Below are positions 25,313-37,747 of a stretch of DNA of 64,000 nt, piece by piece. Within the stretch, counting starts at the first letter, position 1; the number at the start of each line of letters is the position of its first letter. Source of the DNA: Saccostrea cucullata (Eukaryota); assembly GCF_032062105.1 (NCBI RefSeq), contig NW_026939778.1, positions 682,001 through 746,000 of the forward strand, written 5' to 3'. The translations under genes and the position numbers were made by a program. Under the pieces are notes generated by a model that was not told where the DNA came from, made no database searches, and saw nothing but the letters and a program-made list of their open reading frames with translations.

Positions 25313-26681
25313 TACTACATGAATAAGAAAAATACAAATTTTGACCAGATTGCAAAATAATACAAAAATGAACCCATAAAAAGGATGGGTTGAGGGTTTT
25401 TCCATCGCACTAACAGGGTAACAGAAATGGCGCAACAAAAACAAAGATTTTTTTTTTATTTAAAAAATCCGTAAACATGGTAACTATCCGACGGTTTAAG
25501 ATCAAATAGATTTCTCATAGCGGCATGAATTGAATTATAAATGTATCTGTGTGATAATTTTTTTTGTTTTTGTTTTTTTTTTTTGTCGTTTTTTTTTTTA
25601 TATAAACATATCTATGATAATATTGTTTTTGTCGTTTTTTTGTCTATAAAGTATACAAATCCCCCCCTCTTGAAACACAAAAAGCTTTGGTTTGAATTTT
25701 TGAAAAAAAATTGTCCATTGTCCATATCACCTGTAAAAAAGAATTTTTGTTTCACAAGGGGGGGGGGGGTATTTTCCGTTTTTCGTTGATTTCTTTTGTG
25801 AAAAACAAAAGTTTTACCAAATTTTTATAGTTATCTCTCTTTGTTTTCCCAAATTAGTAATGTTTTATGAAAATTTATATAATAATCTAATAAAAACAAT
25901 ATTAAAAATCCTTCGAATATGTTAACTTTTGAAAATTATAACTTGGCGGTAGGCGGAAAAACAATATGTATTCAAATAGCATAGTATCTGCTATTATATA
26001 TATTATATTATTTTTATCATTGATGAACTATTCAAAGATTTTATGCAAACGTTAATTTAAGAGCTTATATCTCAAAGTAAAAGATTCCCGGCAGTCATTG
26101 GTTCATATTTCTCTTCATTTTGAATAAATTTCCTTGCCTATTCAAAAAATTCTTTTAGGAGTGAACATCCTCTGTCTATACCGTTTACACCTACTGTGTG
26201 CCCCTTGTCTTGATCGGGAAATGTACCGGGAAAAATCCGTCAATATGTAAAATATGGCCTAATAATTACTATGAAAAACGTCAGTCAGCATTTGACTCCA
26301 TGATAAATTGTATTTGCTGTCAAGATCATTGCTTCGACCACGGAACTTTTGAAATTATGACTTTCTAAAACAAGACTTTTGATATTCTTGTTTCAGCAAC
26401 TTGTTTGTCAATAATTTAATATATACGTATTAAAAATTTCTGTATTTTTAAGTTCGTGTAGATCCAATATTTTATTTTTGTTTTACTGATAATATTTCAG
26501 GAATTGTTATACGTTTGCACTCTATATATTTAAGAACATCAGAGAATGGTAAGCACGTTCGGGTATATACACTACTCCTAAGACGACCCCCAAAAAGATT
26601 CAAAATTTTCTGCAAAATGCTTTCTCTTTCTTAAGAGTACATATACATTTGATCATTTTTGTTATACACGTATTTATTGAT

Positions 26682-26754
26682 CAGTCTGACTAAATCAAGC
26701 CCTTACTATTTCACTTCTAACAAAGTGTAATAGGGACTAGCTTTAGTCAGACCG
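26682..26754. mobile_element. 73-bp mini-MITE with 9-bp TSD
   Basis: TIR c(a/g)gtctgactaaa / tttagtcagaccg; TSD TTTATTGAT on both sides. Confidence 0.75.
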
Positions 26755-28599
26755 TTTATTGATAAACTTTTATGTTAAGAAAAAGACACCGGACTAGAAA
26801 AACTTAACAAGTACTGACAACGGACATTTTGCGTTTAAATTGCGATTTCTTAAAGCCTGCTACAAAGAAAAGGATGTCAGTTGCCTAAAACATGTAAAAT
26901 TAAGTTTTTCTTCATATTTCAAAATAAAAGGACCATTTTAATAAATTTTACGTAAGAAATATTAAATTTTCAGGCTGACGATCATGACTTCACACATGGG
27001 CATGTGATTGCCAACGCAAACTCCTCTTTTATTACTTCATTTTAACGGCTGAAATTCATACAACACCAAAAGGGGTGTCAGTCCTATTCCCCATTGCAAT
27101 TTCAGACATTGGTTGAATTATTTAACTTAAAAAATGAAAAACTGCTTACGACCTGTCTTCTAAAGTAATGACACCGGACAGTTTTTGTCATAACCTTACC
27201 TGTATTTTCATGACAACGAGCCATTTTTAGTGCTTAACTTTAAATGTTTCTGACAACGGTACTGTCTTGGAACTTAACGTGTTCCTGGCCGTGGCTTTGC
27301 TCGGTTCAACGCTCATGCAGTTTCAAAGAAACTATTCAAGATATTTTCATCAAACTTCCAATGCTGATATATATTGATGAGAGCTATTCAACTGTATCAA
27401 TATATCTGATCGTGATTTTTCCTTTGACCTTGACGTTACTTTTCTTAAATTGGTGTTTAGCTCAGTTTTAAAGAAACTATTCATTCAAGATAGTGAAATC
27501 AAACTGCATATGCTGATAAATACTAATATACGCTATTCAAATTCATCAACATTTTTCAACTTGTCATTTCCTTTGACCTTGACCTAACTTTTCTTAAATT
27601 AGTGCTCAGTTTTAGAAATTAAACCAAGGCAGCGTAATCAAACCTCAAAGGCTGATACATACTAAATAGTAATGTAAACTATTCAACTGCGTCACCATTT
27701 TTCACCTTTCTTGGTCCCTGACCTTGACCTATAGTGTTTACTTCGGTTTTAAGAAACTATTCATATTTTTTTCATACTTTATATATGCTGATGCGTATTT
27801 GTGAGAGCTACTCAACTGCATCAAAAACGTTTAACCTTCAAGTGCATTTTCCTGTGACCACGTATATATATATATATAGTCTCACTTTTCTTTAAGTTGC
27901 ATTTTGCCCTGTTTTAAAGAAACCATTCATCTTATTTATTTCAAACTTTATAATTATGCTAATCCATACTCATATATAAGCTAAAGTGCAACAACATTTT
28001 TAAACCTTTTTTGACCCTGACCTCACTTTTCTTAAAGTTTTTAGCTCTGTTTTAAAGAAACCATTCAATATGTTATTAGGGAGAGCTTCATGTATTCAAC
28101 TGTTCAAATACTTTTGACCTTGCATTTTCCTGTGACCTTGACCTCACTTTTTTAAAATATGCATTTGCTTACTTTTAAAGAAACAATTTAAGATATTGTA
28201 TGTAAGCTTATGCACTTATATATACTTTGGTGACAATTAATCATCTTTATCCATTTTTTAAGATTTCAAGTTTAAATAAACATTTCAGGATGATCTCATC
28301 AATTCATACACTTACATGTATACAATATTTCTTATCCCATGACCGACAAATTTTTCTTTGATCTTCGCAAGGGTGTATTTCTCATATCAACATAAGTGTG
28401 GTGATATATTAAATATCACATATGTGATATAAAGCTAGTGATATCCAACGGTTATACTCCGGATGTAGGAGGAGCTATGCAAATGAGACAAAAATTCGTT
28501 TAGAACTAGATTTTAATGAACTAACAAAAACAAGAGAAAAACAAAACAAAACAGTTTAAATCAAAATGCACAAATCTTTACAAAAAAGACATCGACACT

Positions 28600-29160
28600 G
28601 TCAGGCGGAGCATAATTCTCAAAGCGGATAACTTCATCTCCCATGATAGAAATTCGCACATTCAATAGTAGCATTTTCCTTCCCGGCATCCTCTGAAAAG
28701 TTCATATAATGAACACCTTGCTCTCATGTACCGTAGAATATCGGAACAAATCGGGAAGTATTTCGGGAATGGTTTTAAACTCACCAAGTTGCTGTTTTGC
28801 TGAGATTTCCAGTCGTTGAACACTTGAACCATGTTGACTGCCCATGAAGTGTTACGGCTCGTGAATTTACTTTCTTGATTTTTTAAGCGCACTTATTTCA
28901 ATGGCCGACACATGTTTTCCGAATCTAGTATTTTCAGTCCATTCCGTAAAATTTTCCCGTTTCAATCCCGGAAACTGTAAATCGAAATTCATAAAGTCCT
29001 GGCCCCATGGGCCTTTTAAATCCGATCGCCCGAGTTCATACATCTGAACTGCTTGACTCGATTGAAAATTATTGAAAATTATCCTCGTCGTAGGCTTGCT
29101 GAAAAACGACGATTCTTTACGCTGAACCCCTTCTGTCATTTTCGCCAGATCATAGAACAA
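28600..29160 (-). pseudogene. Frameshifted Crypton-type (DUF3504/KIAA1958/ZMYM-like) fragment
   Basis: Adjacent ORFs give RFGKHVSAIEISALK.. then SKFTSRNTSWAVNMVQVFNDWKSQQN, resembling the RF..S..NT...T.WA...F..W...RN N-terminal motif of Crypton-related proteins. Recognised from memory, not by search. Confidence 0.55.
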
Positions 29161-29236
29161 ATGAATTGATTATCTCAAGAAATTGATCACGTGTTACAGT
29201 ACTATGAAAATTACCAAATTTGTAAATCCGTTACTT

Positions 29237-32200
29237 CACGGCGGAGAATCTACGTCATCGGATGGGATTAGGACACACTAAAATGGAGGACAAATGCTCC
29301 GCTTCGATGTAAGAAGTTGATATTTTTGCATTTATAAAGAATGAATATTAAATCAGTATCCTGCCTAAAGTATGCCAACGAACGTCAACTACAATAGACA
29401 ATGTACGTTTGCTCGTGATAGAATCTTATTGTTCCAAACACTTCGACACAGTTTGAAAACAAGTGAGAAAAACCCGGGATGTGGGGTACACATTTTTAAA
29501 ATTCGACCAATTATTCGCATGTTCAGATGTACTAGACATTTTATTCTTCCGCGTTTACACTAGAACTAATATTTTTTAAAAATCCTGATTTTTTAAATAG
29601 TTAATTATGCTTTAATTATCCAAGAAAAAAGTATAAATAATTTTGTTTTCAGAAATGATGTAGGGCACACCAACACTAAAACGGATATGGGACACACAAT
29701 AAGTTACTTTCAAATTGAAACATCGAGCATTCACATCTTAAAGTTTCCACTTAAATGACTGCCATTTGATAGTATATGAACAATAACCTGTACAACTCAT
29801 CTTTGTAATACTCATCCAAATACTTGATTCCCTTGGTTTGCTTGTATCCATACAAAAATTATAAGTTGAAAACGCTGGTCTGATCTCCAACAAAAGCTTC
29901 CAACATGAATTTTAAATTTTGACTTTTATTAAATTTCATGTAGAAATTTACCGGTGTTCACTTCTGCAGATCCATAGAAGGAGGGAGGGGGGTCGAAGTC
30001 CGGAGATTGTGTTTATTGATATATCCATTTTAAGTTACACGACATCCGCCCCCCCCCCCCCCCCCGAAAAAAGAAACACGAAAAACACACACACACATAC
30101 AAACTCACGAAATAAGTTTTTTTTAGCTTTGTTGCTTACTTTATTGCTTGTCAAAATAGAAAATATTTTGGAGTCAGAAAATTCTTTGGACTTTGTGTGG
30201 ACTCCCCCCCCCCCCCCTCCCGAAAAAGTTCTTAAATCTGCAAATTGGTATTAATAAGATCTTTGACACTAGCATGTCTTTTAATATGGGAAAGAGATCA
30301 AGAACGTTTCTTATGCTCAAATATTTGCAACAACTGACCTTCCAGGTGATAATAAGAATTTATTTTCCCTACACAGTGGTCTAAAAATTGATCGGGAAAT
30401 TCCAAATTGCAACAAATAGTTTTGGAAAACTATTTTATTTGCTCCTAGCTTGCACTCAGGTGAACATAATATTAGAAATCGAATGTATGAAAGTGGTTGT
30501 TAGTGATGGGCAGGGCCAAAACAAAACTTGAAGTTAAAAATTGTCTTTTCGTGGGTGCCAATCAAAGGTTTTTAGCTGTCATTTTTCTCTGATAATGACC
30601 CCCCCCCCCCTTTTCAAACCTTATCATATAAAAGAGCCTGACATTATTTCTTTTTTATGTATAGCTACGAAAGTGCTTTTTACAACAAAAAAATCCCAAT
30701 TTATACGGCTGGTAATGTTTATTTAAGCCGGCTCCTATCATTGCTTTTGGCTAATATTCCAGCGAATGTAAATAAGATGACATGAACTGCTTTATGAGTA
30801 CGTAATATTTAATCACTGATTCATACATGTGTCTTTCCTGATATACTTTATTTTATCAAATAAAATATACAACATGGCTATCTTCATATAGTCATGTTGT
30901 ATATTTTATTTGATAAAATAAAGTATATCAGGAAAGACACATAATAAAACAATAATTTTTTTTTCAATTAATACGATGATGTTAACTTCGAAGTACAATA
31001 TTCAATTTTGTCTTTTTTTCTCAAATATATGGAGTCGGTAATTAACTATTAGAATTTTGAAAGAAGTTTGTCAGCAGTTGCAAATATTTGAGCATAAGAA
31101 AAATTCCTTAATCTCCGCTTCCTATCAGCTGACATACTAGAGTCTTACCGACAAAGATCTAATAAAAACAAACATTGAATATGCAAATACAGAAACTTTT
31201 CGAAGGGGGGGGGGTGTCCACACAAAATCAGAAAGAAAAAGAAGTTCTGACTCCAAAATATTTTTACAAGCAAAGAAATTAAACAATCAACCTCAAAAAG
31301 CTATTTTATATGTGTTTAATTGGGTCTGGGTCGTGTTACTTAACACAAAAATATCGTAGAGTACGTAAAATCATATACATAGACTCCGGACTTCAACCCT
31401 CCTTTTAGATCCGCACATGTAAATACCAGTATCTTTCAATATGATATTTAATAAAAGTCAAAATTTAAAATTCATTTTGGCAGCTAATGAGCTTTTGTTG
31501 AGGATCAGACCGGCCATTTCAACTTATAATATTTGAATTTTTGTATGGATACAAGCAAACCAAGGGAATTCCAATTAAAGATTTTTCTGACCCCAAACTA
31601 TTTTGACAAGCAGAAAAGTAAGACAATGCTAAAAAAACTTATTTCGTGAGTTTGTACAGGTGTGTGTGTGTGTGTTTTTTTTTTTTGGGGGGGGGTGTTT
31701 TTTTTCCAAGGGGGGGGGGGGGGGCGGATGTCGTGAAACTTTAAATAGAAATATCATAAAATAAACACAATCTCCGGACTTCGAACCCCCCCCCCTCTTT
31801 CTATGGATCTGCAGAAGTGAACACCGGTAAATTTCTACATGGAATTTAATAAAAGTCAAAATTTAAAATTCATGTTGGAAGCTTTTGTTGGAGATCAGAC
31901 CAGCGTTTTCAACTTATAATTTTTGTATGGATACAAGCAAACCAAGGGAATCAAGTATTTGGATGAGTATTACAAAGATGAGTTGTACAGGTTATTGTTC
32001 ATATACTATCAAATGGCAGTCATTTAAATGGAAACTTTAAGATGTGAATGCTCGATGTTTCAATTTGAAAGTAACTTATTGTGTGTCCCATATCCGTTTT
32101 AGTGTTGGTGTGCCCTACATCATTTCTGAAAACAAAATGATTTATACTTTTTTCTTGGATAATTAAAGCATAATAAACTATTTTAAAAATCAGGATTTTT

Positions 32201-32541
32201 AAAAAATATTAGTTCTAGTGTAAACGCGGAAGAATAAAATGTCTAGTACATCTGGACATGCGAATAATTGGTCGAATTTTAAAAATGTGTACCCTACATA
32301 CCGGTTTTTTCTCACTTGTTTTCAAACTGTGTCGAAGTGTTTGGAACAATAAGATTCTATCACGAGCAAACGTACATTGTCTATTGTAGTTGACGTTCTT
32401 TGGCATACTTTAGGCAGGATACTGATTTAATATTCATTCTTTATAAATGCAAAAATATCAACTTCTTACGTCGAAGCGGAGCATTTGTCCTCCATTTTTG
32501 TGTGTCCTAATCCCGTCCGATGACGTAGATTCTCCGCCGTG
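29237..32541. mobile_element. 3.3-kb foldback transposon with ~950-bp TIRs and CACGG termini (Transib-like)
   Basis: 29237-~30190 is the reverse complement of ~31575-32541 with scattered mismatches; flanks TACTT / TACTC; an extra degenerate inverted copy lies at ~31070-31570; no transposase ORF. Confidence 0.88.
30827..30942. repeat. Near-perfect 116-bp palindrome
   Basis: 55-bp arms atgtgtctttcctg..catggctat / atagtcatg..caggaaagacacat, one mismatch, 6-nt loop. Confidence 0.9.
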
Positions 32542-33210
32542 TACTCTCTACTGATCGAAGTGAGTAACTAACAACAGTAACCAAAACGCAATGCTACCTA
32601 GCAGTTACCTAGCAGTTACCAAGCATGACGTCATCACTAATGACTTCACGTAAAGCTAGGTCCTAAATGTTGGCTAAAAAAGTAAAATAATTTTTGCTTA
32701 CCTCTTTTGTCACCTAAATCCTTTTCAGTATATTAGAAAAATTAGTCTCTGTTTATAACATTCATATTACAAAGTTGATTGTTGATTGACATGTGATGTA
32801 ATAAGGCTGGAAGTGTCATAGACTAGTTCCCGCCACATTTATGTGTTTTGGCTCCGGATCCGCTAAATGAAAAACTGATCACTGCTACTCACATTTAAAT
32901 TTTTTTATTACAGATGTAAACTTATTTTTAACTCTAGTTTAAATATTGCTCCTCTATAGAAAATCTTTAGTAGTCTCTTCAGAAGCTTAGAGAAATAACA
33001 TTCTGTATTTCCATAAAATGTTTTTAAAAAATGAATTCTAGCAATTTACACATATTGTCCTCTACAAAAATCTTAATTTTTCAATTAAAATTTGTATATG
33101 CAGTGAAGAATTCAAATTTTTGTAGAGGACAATATCTTAAAATCGCAGCTGCATAACAAACAAGCTCATTGGGTGATATGATCATGAGTTATTCTTTAAT
33201 CTTAATTTCT
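32542..33210 (-). other. Local duplicate of the promoter/upstream region of the uncharacterised gene (42330-~43110)
   Basis: Starts tactctctactgatcgaagtgagtaactaacaacagtaacc, identical to 42330 onward; similarity decays distally; lacks the MITE present at 42701-42892 in the other copy. Confidence 0.85.
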
Positions 33211-33404
33211 TTTTGTTAAATATTGATAAATTTGTCATTTTACACAAATATGCCCAATTACCATTTCTGATGACGTTTACAAATACCTGTAATATCTTAA
33301 CTTATAATTTGAAAGATCGAGATCGATTTCGACCTTAAAATCAAAATAGACAAATGGATTTGTAAATATTTAGATATATATTTGCAGTTAAAGTTGTTGA
33401 TCCA

Positions 33405-33635
33405 AATTCCACTGCGGGACATAGAGACCGGTCCTTTGGATGAGACCGTATAAACCGAGGTCCCGTGTCGCAGTAGGTGCTGGAACGAAAACGATCCCTC
33501 CCTGCTAAATGGCACTGAGTGCCAAGTATAGGACAAGATTTACAGCTCTCCACCGGCAAGTGGTGGCGTCTTCATATGAATGAAAAAATTCTCGAGAGGG
33601 AAGTTAAACAACATACAATCAATCAATCAATCAAT
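33405..33635 (+). mobile_element. 5'-truncated V-domain SINE
   Basis: V-SINE-like core ggatgagaccgtataaaccgaggtcc and (AATC)n tail. Confidence 0.7.
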
Positions 33636-33865
33636 CTTATACCTGAAATCATAGCATGTCGCTAAGATCAATTATCTTAACAATTTTGTTTTAAATTGCA
33701 AGGACATTTTTTTCTAGTTTGTTTTAGACACACAGAACAAGGAAACTTTATTGGTCATAGATTTGTGGCAACATCACCAACAACTAAAATTCGAAAAATA
33801 AAAAGATCTTTATATACATGTAGGTTGAGTCTCTCGGTGTATTGTTTTCATCATGGCCGGAAATA

Positions 33866-34869
33866 AACAAAGGAATCCTCGGAGGATCAAGTTTAAAAAA
33901 TTCAAAGAATTGTGGTCCCCCGCTTTGGGTGTCTTTGTGGGTGGGATGTCATTTTTTATGACATATTGTGTCAAATCTTGTCACAGGTAATGCACATGTC
34001 AAATATGAAAGCCTTATCTCTTCTCAATCAAAAGTTATAAGGAAATGAAACACTGATGATCCCGTATGGCAAAATAGCGAAGATTAAACTTTTCTTAAAT
34101 GCAACTTAAATATATTGGTACCCAAACTTGGGCCATCTCACAAGAAATACGATTGTGAAATATGAAAGCCCTAGCACTGCCTGTTAAAAAGTTATGGTCA
34201 AGGAAAATTTTTTCAGTGGTAGGTCAAACTCCAAGGTCAAAAAGTCCAAGATGTTAGTTTCTTAAGAAAGGTCTTGCAACAAGTATTACATATATGTGAA
34301 GTATGAAAACGCGTGTCCTAAACGTTCAAAAGTTATGGCCAAGGATAAAATTTTTAAAAAGTAGGAAAACACAAAGGTCAAGGTCAAAGGGTCAAAGTTC
34401 AATGAAAGGTATCATCAAAAGGATTACATATGTAAAGTATGAAAACCCTAGCCCTTACCGTTCAAAAGTTATGACCAAGGTTAAAGTTTTTTTATAAGTA
34501 CGGAAATTTTCAAAGTCAAGGTCAAAAGGTCAAAGTCGTTGGTATTCAATGAAAGGTCTTGCCACAAAGAATATATATGTGAAGTATGAAAGCCTTACTT
34601 TCTACCTTTCAAATGTTATGGCCAAAGTAAAAATTTGGAATTTTTGTGTAAAAGTGGATCAAACTCCAAGGTCAAGGTCAAAAGATCAAATTTGGTGAAA
34701 CCCAAAGAAAGGTCTTGTCACAAGGAATACCCATGTCATATATGAAGGTCATAGCCTCCAATAAATCAAATGTTATGAGCAAGGTTAAAGTTTTTGTGAC
34801 GGACGGACAGACATACGGATAGACAAATGAGATTTAATGTCCCCTCGCTTTCGCGAAAGCGGGGGACAA
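33866..34869 (-). mobile_element. HINE-like element with degenerate ~120-bp internal repeats
   Basis: Repeated caaggtcaaggtca..aaaggtcttg..tatgaaagcc units, (GACG/GACA)n, terminal hairpin tcccctcgctttcgcgaaagcgggggaca. The left boundary is approximate. Confidence 0.7.
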
Positions 34870-34961
34870 CATCACATAGTCGTCCAAATAAATACCGTAT
34901 ATGAACCTTGACAGTAAAGTTTATAGTCAGTCGGTCGGGAGAGTTGAGGGCAACCAAACAA

Positions 34962-36004
34962 TTTTAAGCTAACCTGAGCTAAAATTTGAAATGAGCTTTT
35001 TCTGATACCCTTTGTCCGTCTATTCATCCACCCGTCCGTCTGTAAACTTTTCACATTTTCAACTTTTTCTCAAGAACCACTGGGCAAATTAACATGGTAC
35101 AAATCATCCTTGGGTCAAGGGAAGTTTAAATTGTTAAAATGAAGTGCCACGTCTCCATACGAGGGGAGATAATCAAGAAAACAAAAAAAAAATCTTCTCA
35201 AGAACCACTGAGCAAAAAAGCTGAAAATCACTGGTATTTGGAAGCATTCTGGGGTAATGTAGATTCCATTATAGCTTCAAATCATGGATGTAGGGCGGGG
35301 CCACAGTAAGTTTTACATTCAAATATATAGGAAAAATCTTTTAAAAAGAACCACTGGGCCCATCGTCGCAAACCACGGCTAAAATGTACGATCCTCTCCC
35401 ATTCTGGACGTGGTTGCATGAGAAGAGAATATTTTGTACCTCATTAAAGTATTGACCAATGCGAGTAAAGCATACTATTAGTCGGAAATTTACCTTTCAT
35501 ACGACCTTTCAATACCCAATCGCAGTGTACGAAATACTGCTGATGTAATTTGTTGATTTCAACTGCGATGGAAATAAAACTTGTCATTGACTGAATATGA
35601 CGTCACAATATAGAGAAGAGTAAATATTCAAGATTACGACACTTTTTGTGATCAAGCAGCCACGGGTAGGAGAGAGGCTTGAGACGATGCACTGGGCCAG
35701 AAAAGCTGAACTTATGTGGAAGCATCTTGGTGTAGTAAATCATGACCCCGAGGTATGGTGGGGCCTCAATAGGGAATCAAGTTTTGCATTGAAATATAAA
35801 GGAACTATCTTTAAAAAGTCTCCTCTCAATAACCGATGGGCTAGAAAAACTGAAACTTATGTTGAAGCATCTTTGGGTAGTGTAGATTCTAAATTGTTCA
35901 AACATGACCCCCGGGGGTTTGGTGGGACCACAATAGGTATTACAAGGGGGCAGCATTGCTAAAAAAGTGTCAGGTGAGCGGTGTGGCCTGTTGGGCTCTT
36001 GTTT
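34962..36004 (+). mobile_element. HINE-like element interrupted by a MITE
   Basis: 5' agctaacctgagc, gtcc microsatellite, 3' tcaggtgagcg..ggcctgttgggctcttgtt. Confidence 0.7.
35361..35689. mobile_element. MITE with 9-bp TSD (MULE/Merlin-like)
   Basis: TIR catcgtcgcaaacc / ggcttgagacgatg; TSD CACTGGGCC at 35352-35360 and 35690-35698. Confidence 0.8.
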
Positions 36005-37747
36005 TAAGATTCCCTAAACGTGTTCACTGTATTTTTCATCCAACATGTATGTGTCGTTGATCGTACCTTTGACCTTGGGTTTTCATTTCATTATTTCAGT
36101 TGCACATAGCTTATGTTCTAAGGGAAGATAATGTCTAAAGAAAATTTTGTGATTTAGATAATTTTGAAAAAAGAATTAAAAAACCTTGTCTAATTATATG
36201 GATTTTGTCATGTCTAGATCAAAGTTTTACAAAGGAAAGCATTGGGAAAATCTTTTAAACACCTTTTCTCAAAAACAGCGAAGTCATGCATATGTAAGCA
36301 TTCTCAGGTAGTGTAGATTCAAATTTGTTCAAATAATGTCCCGGGTATGTCTGGATAAAAGTCAATTTCAAGTGTAAATTAAATTGCCACATAGTATCCT
36401 TGGCTTTGCACCACTTTTATGTTTAGAATATAAATTAGTTCAAATAGCCAAAGGGCTCACGTGAAATGCCTTCTCTAATTTTATAGGCTGTGTGAAGATA
36501 AATGACAAACTTATGAAAATTTATAGTGACATTGCTTAAAATTCTCTTCTTGAAAATAAGAGGATCATAATTGGCAACATGAAATTTATAACTCATGAAA
36601 CTAGTAGTGGAAGCATCATTTGGCAGATGTTTAGATTTAAAGTTTTTTTGGATTTGGCAGGGCTGCAACTTGTTGATAAATAGTTTTACAAAGGAAAGCA
36701 TTTGGAAAATCTTTTAAACACATTTTCTCAAAAAGAGCGAAGTCATGCATATGTAAGCATTCTTAGGTAGTGTAGACTTAAATTTGTTCAAATAATGTCC
36801 CGGGGGTATGTCTGGGCGATAGAAGTTTTACTATACTTGTCAGAAAAATATACTGATAGCCTAAATAGACGTGACATGGGCACATTTTTATGTTGAACAA
36901 GTGTCTGTTCAAATAAAATGACAAGTCCCCATAATTTTTAAAAGACAACAAATAGCTTTGAAAACCACTTTTTATGTTTAAACTTTTAATCCAAATCTTC
37001 TTTCTGCATATTCCTAGCCAAAGATGCTCAGGTGAGCGACTATAGTTCCCTATGGGACTAATAAGTTGCGGATCGAGTTGCGGATCGGCGTTTATGCAAA
37101 TTATCACGCAAGCCAATCGATTGATCACATCATGAAATCGAAAAATAAAACAGCTATTCCTTAATAATACTAAAGGAAAGAACCAATTTTGTTGTGTACA
37201 GTGTATTAATGAAAAATATTAAAACTATCATCCAGAAAATTCAAATAGAAATGCGAGAAAGCACAATCCCCTTACAGTATTTGTGCCCTGTTTACAAAAA
37301 CAGTTTACGTTTCACGGATGTATTCAATTTATTAAACTCGATAAACACCACTGAGCACCGACTGACGATACTAGTGAGTAGGTTTTGTTTTCAAACATTT
37401 CTACTCTGAATTTTCTGGATTATAGATGTACTAGTAATGTTTTTATTAACACAACAAAATTGCTTCTTTTCTTAAATATAAAGGATAAAGTTATAGTTGA
37501 GAAAGTGCAAGGATCTGTTGATCAAACGCGTCCCGCAATTCGTAGTTCCAACAATTTCTAGATAAAATCCTTTTTTAAAATTTTCGTCAGAAACGCTATT
37601 GCATAATATACCAAGGTAATTCGTGATATTAGACATAAAATTTGAGAAAATATTAAGTTCAAATCTGGGTCTAAGCACCTTAAACCTAATCACATCACCT
37701 GATTTTATGATGAGTGTGACATACATGTATATTTCAAAAATTGCTGA

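Larger units (their letters stand above)
22913..27293. mobile_element. 4.4-kb non-autonomous DNA transposon with 284-bp TIRs and 5-bp TSD (Transib-like)
   Basis: TIRs 22913-23196 and 27010-27293 appear identical by eye; termini CACGG..CCGTG; TSD GCTTT at 22908-22912 and 27294-27298; no transposase ORF. Confidence 0.9.
22853..28250 (+). mobile_element. Degenerate HINE-like host element split by the 22913-27293 insertion
   Basis: 5' tttttatgtcccg..cgggcata hairpin and gtcc microsatellite before 22913; degenerate ~140-bp repeats (aaagaaactattca..tgaccttgacct) resume after 27298. The 3' end is approximate. Confidence 0.6.
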
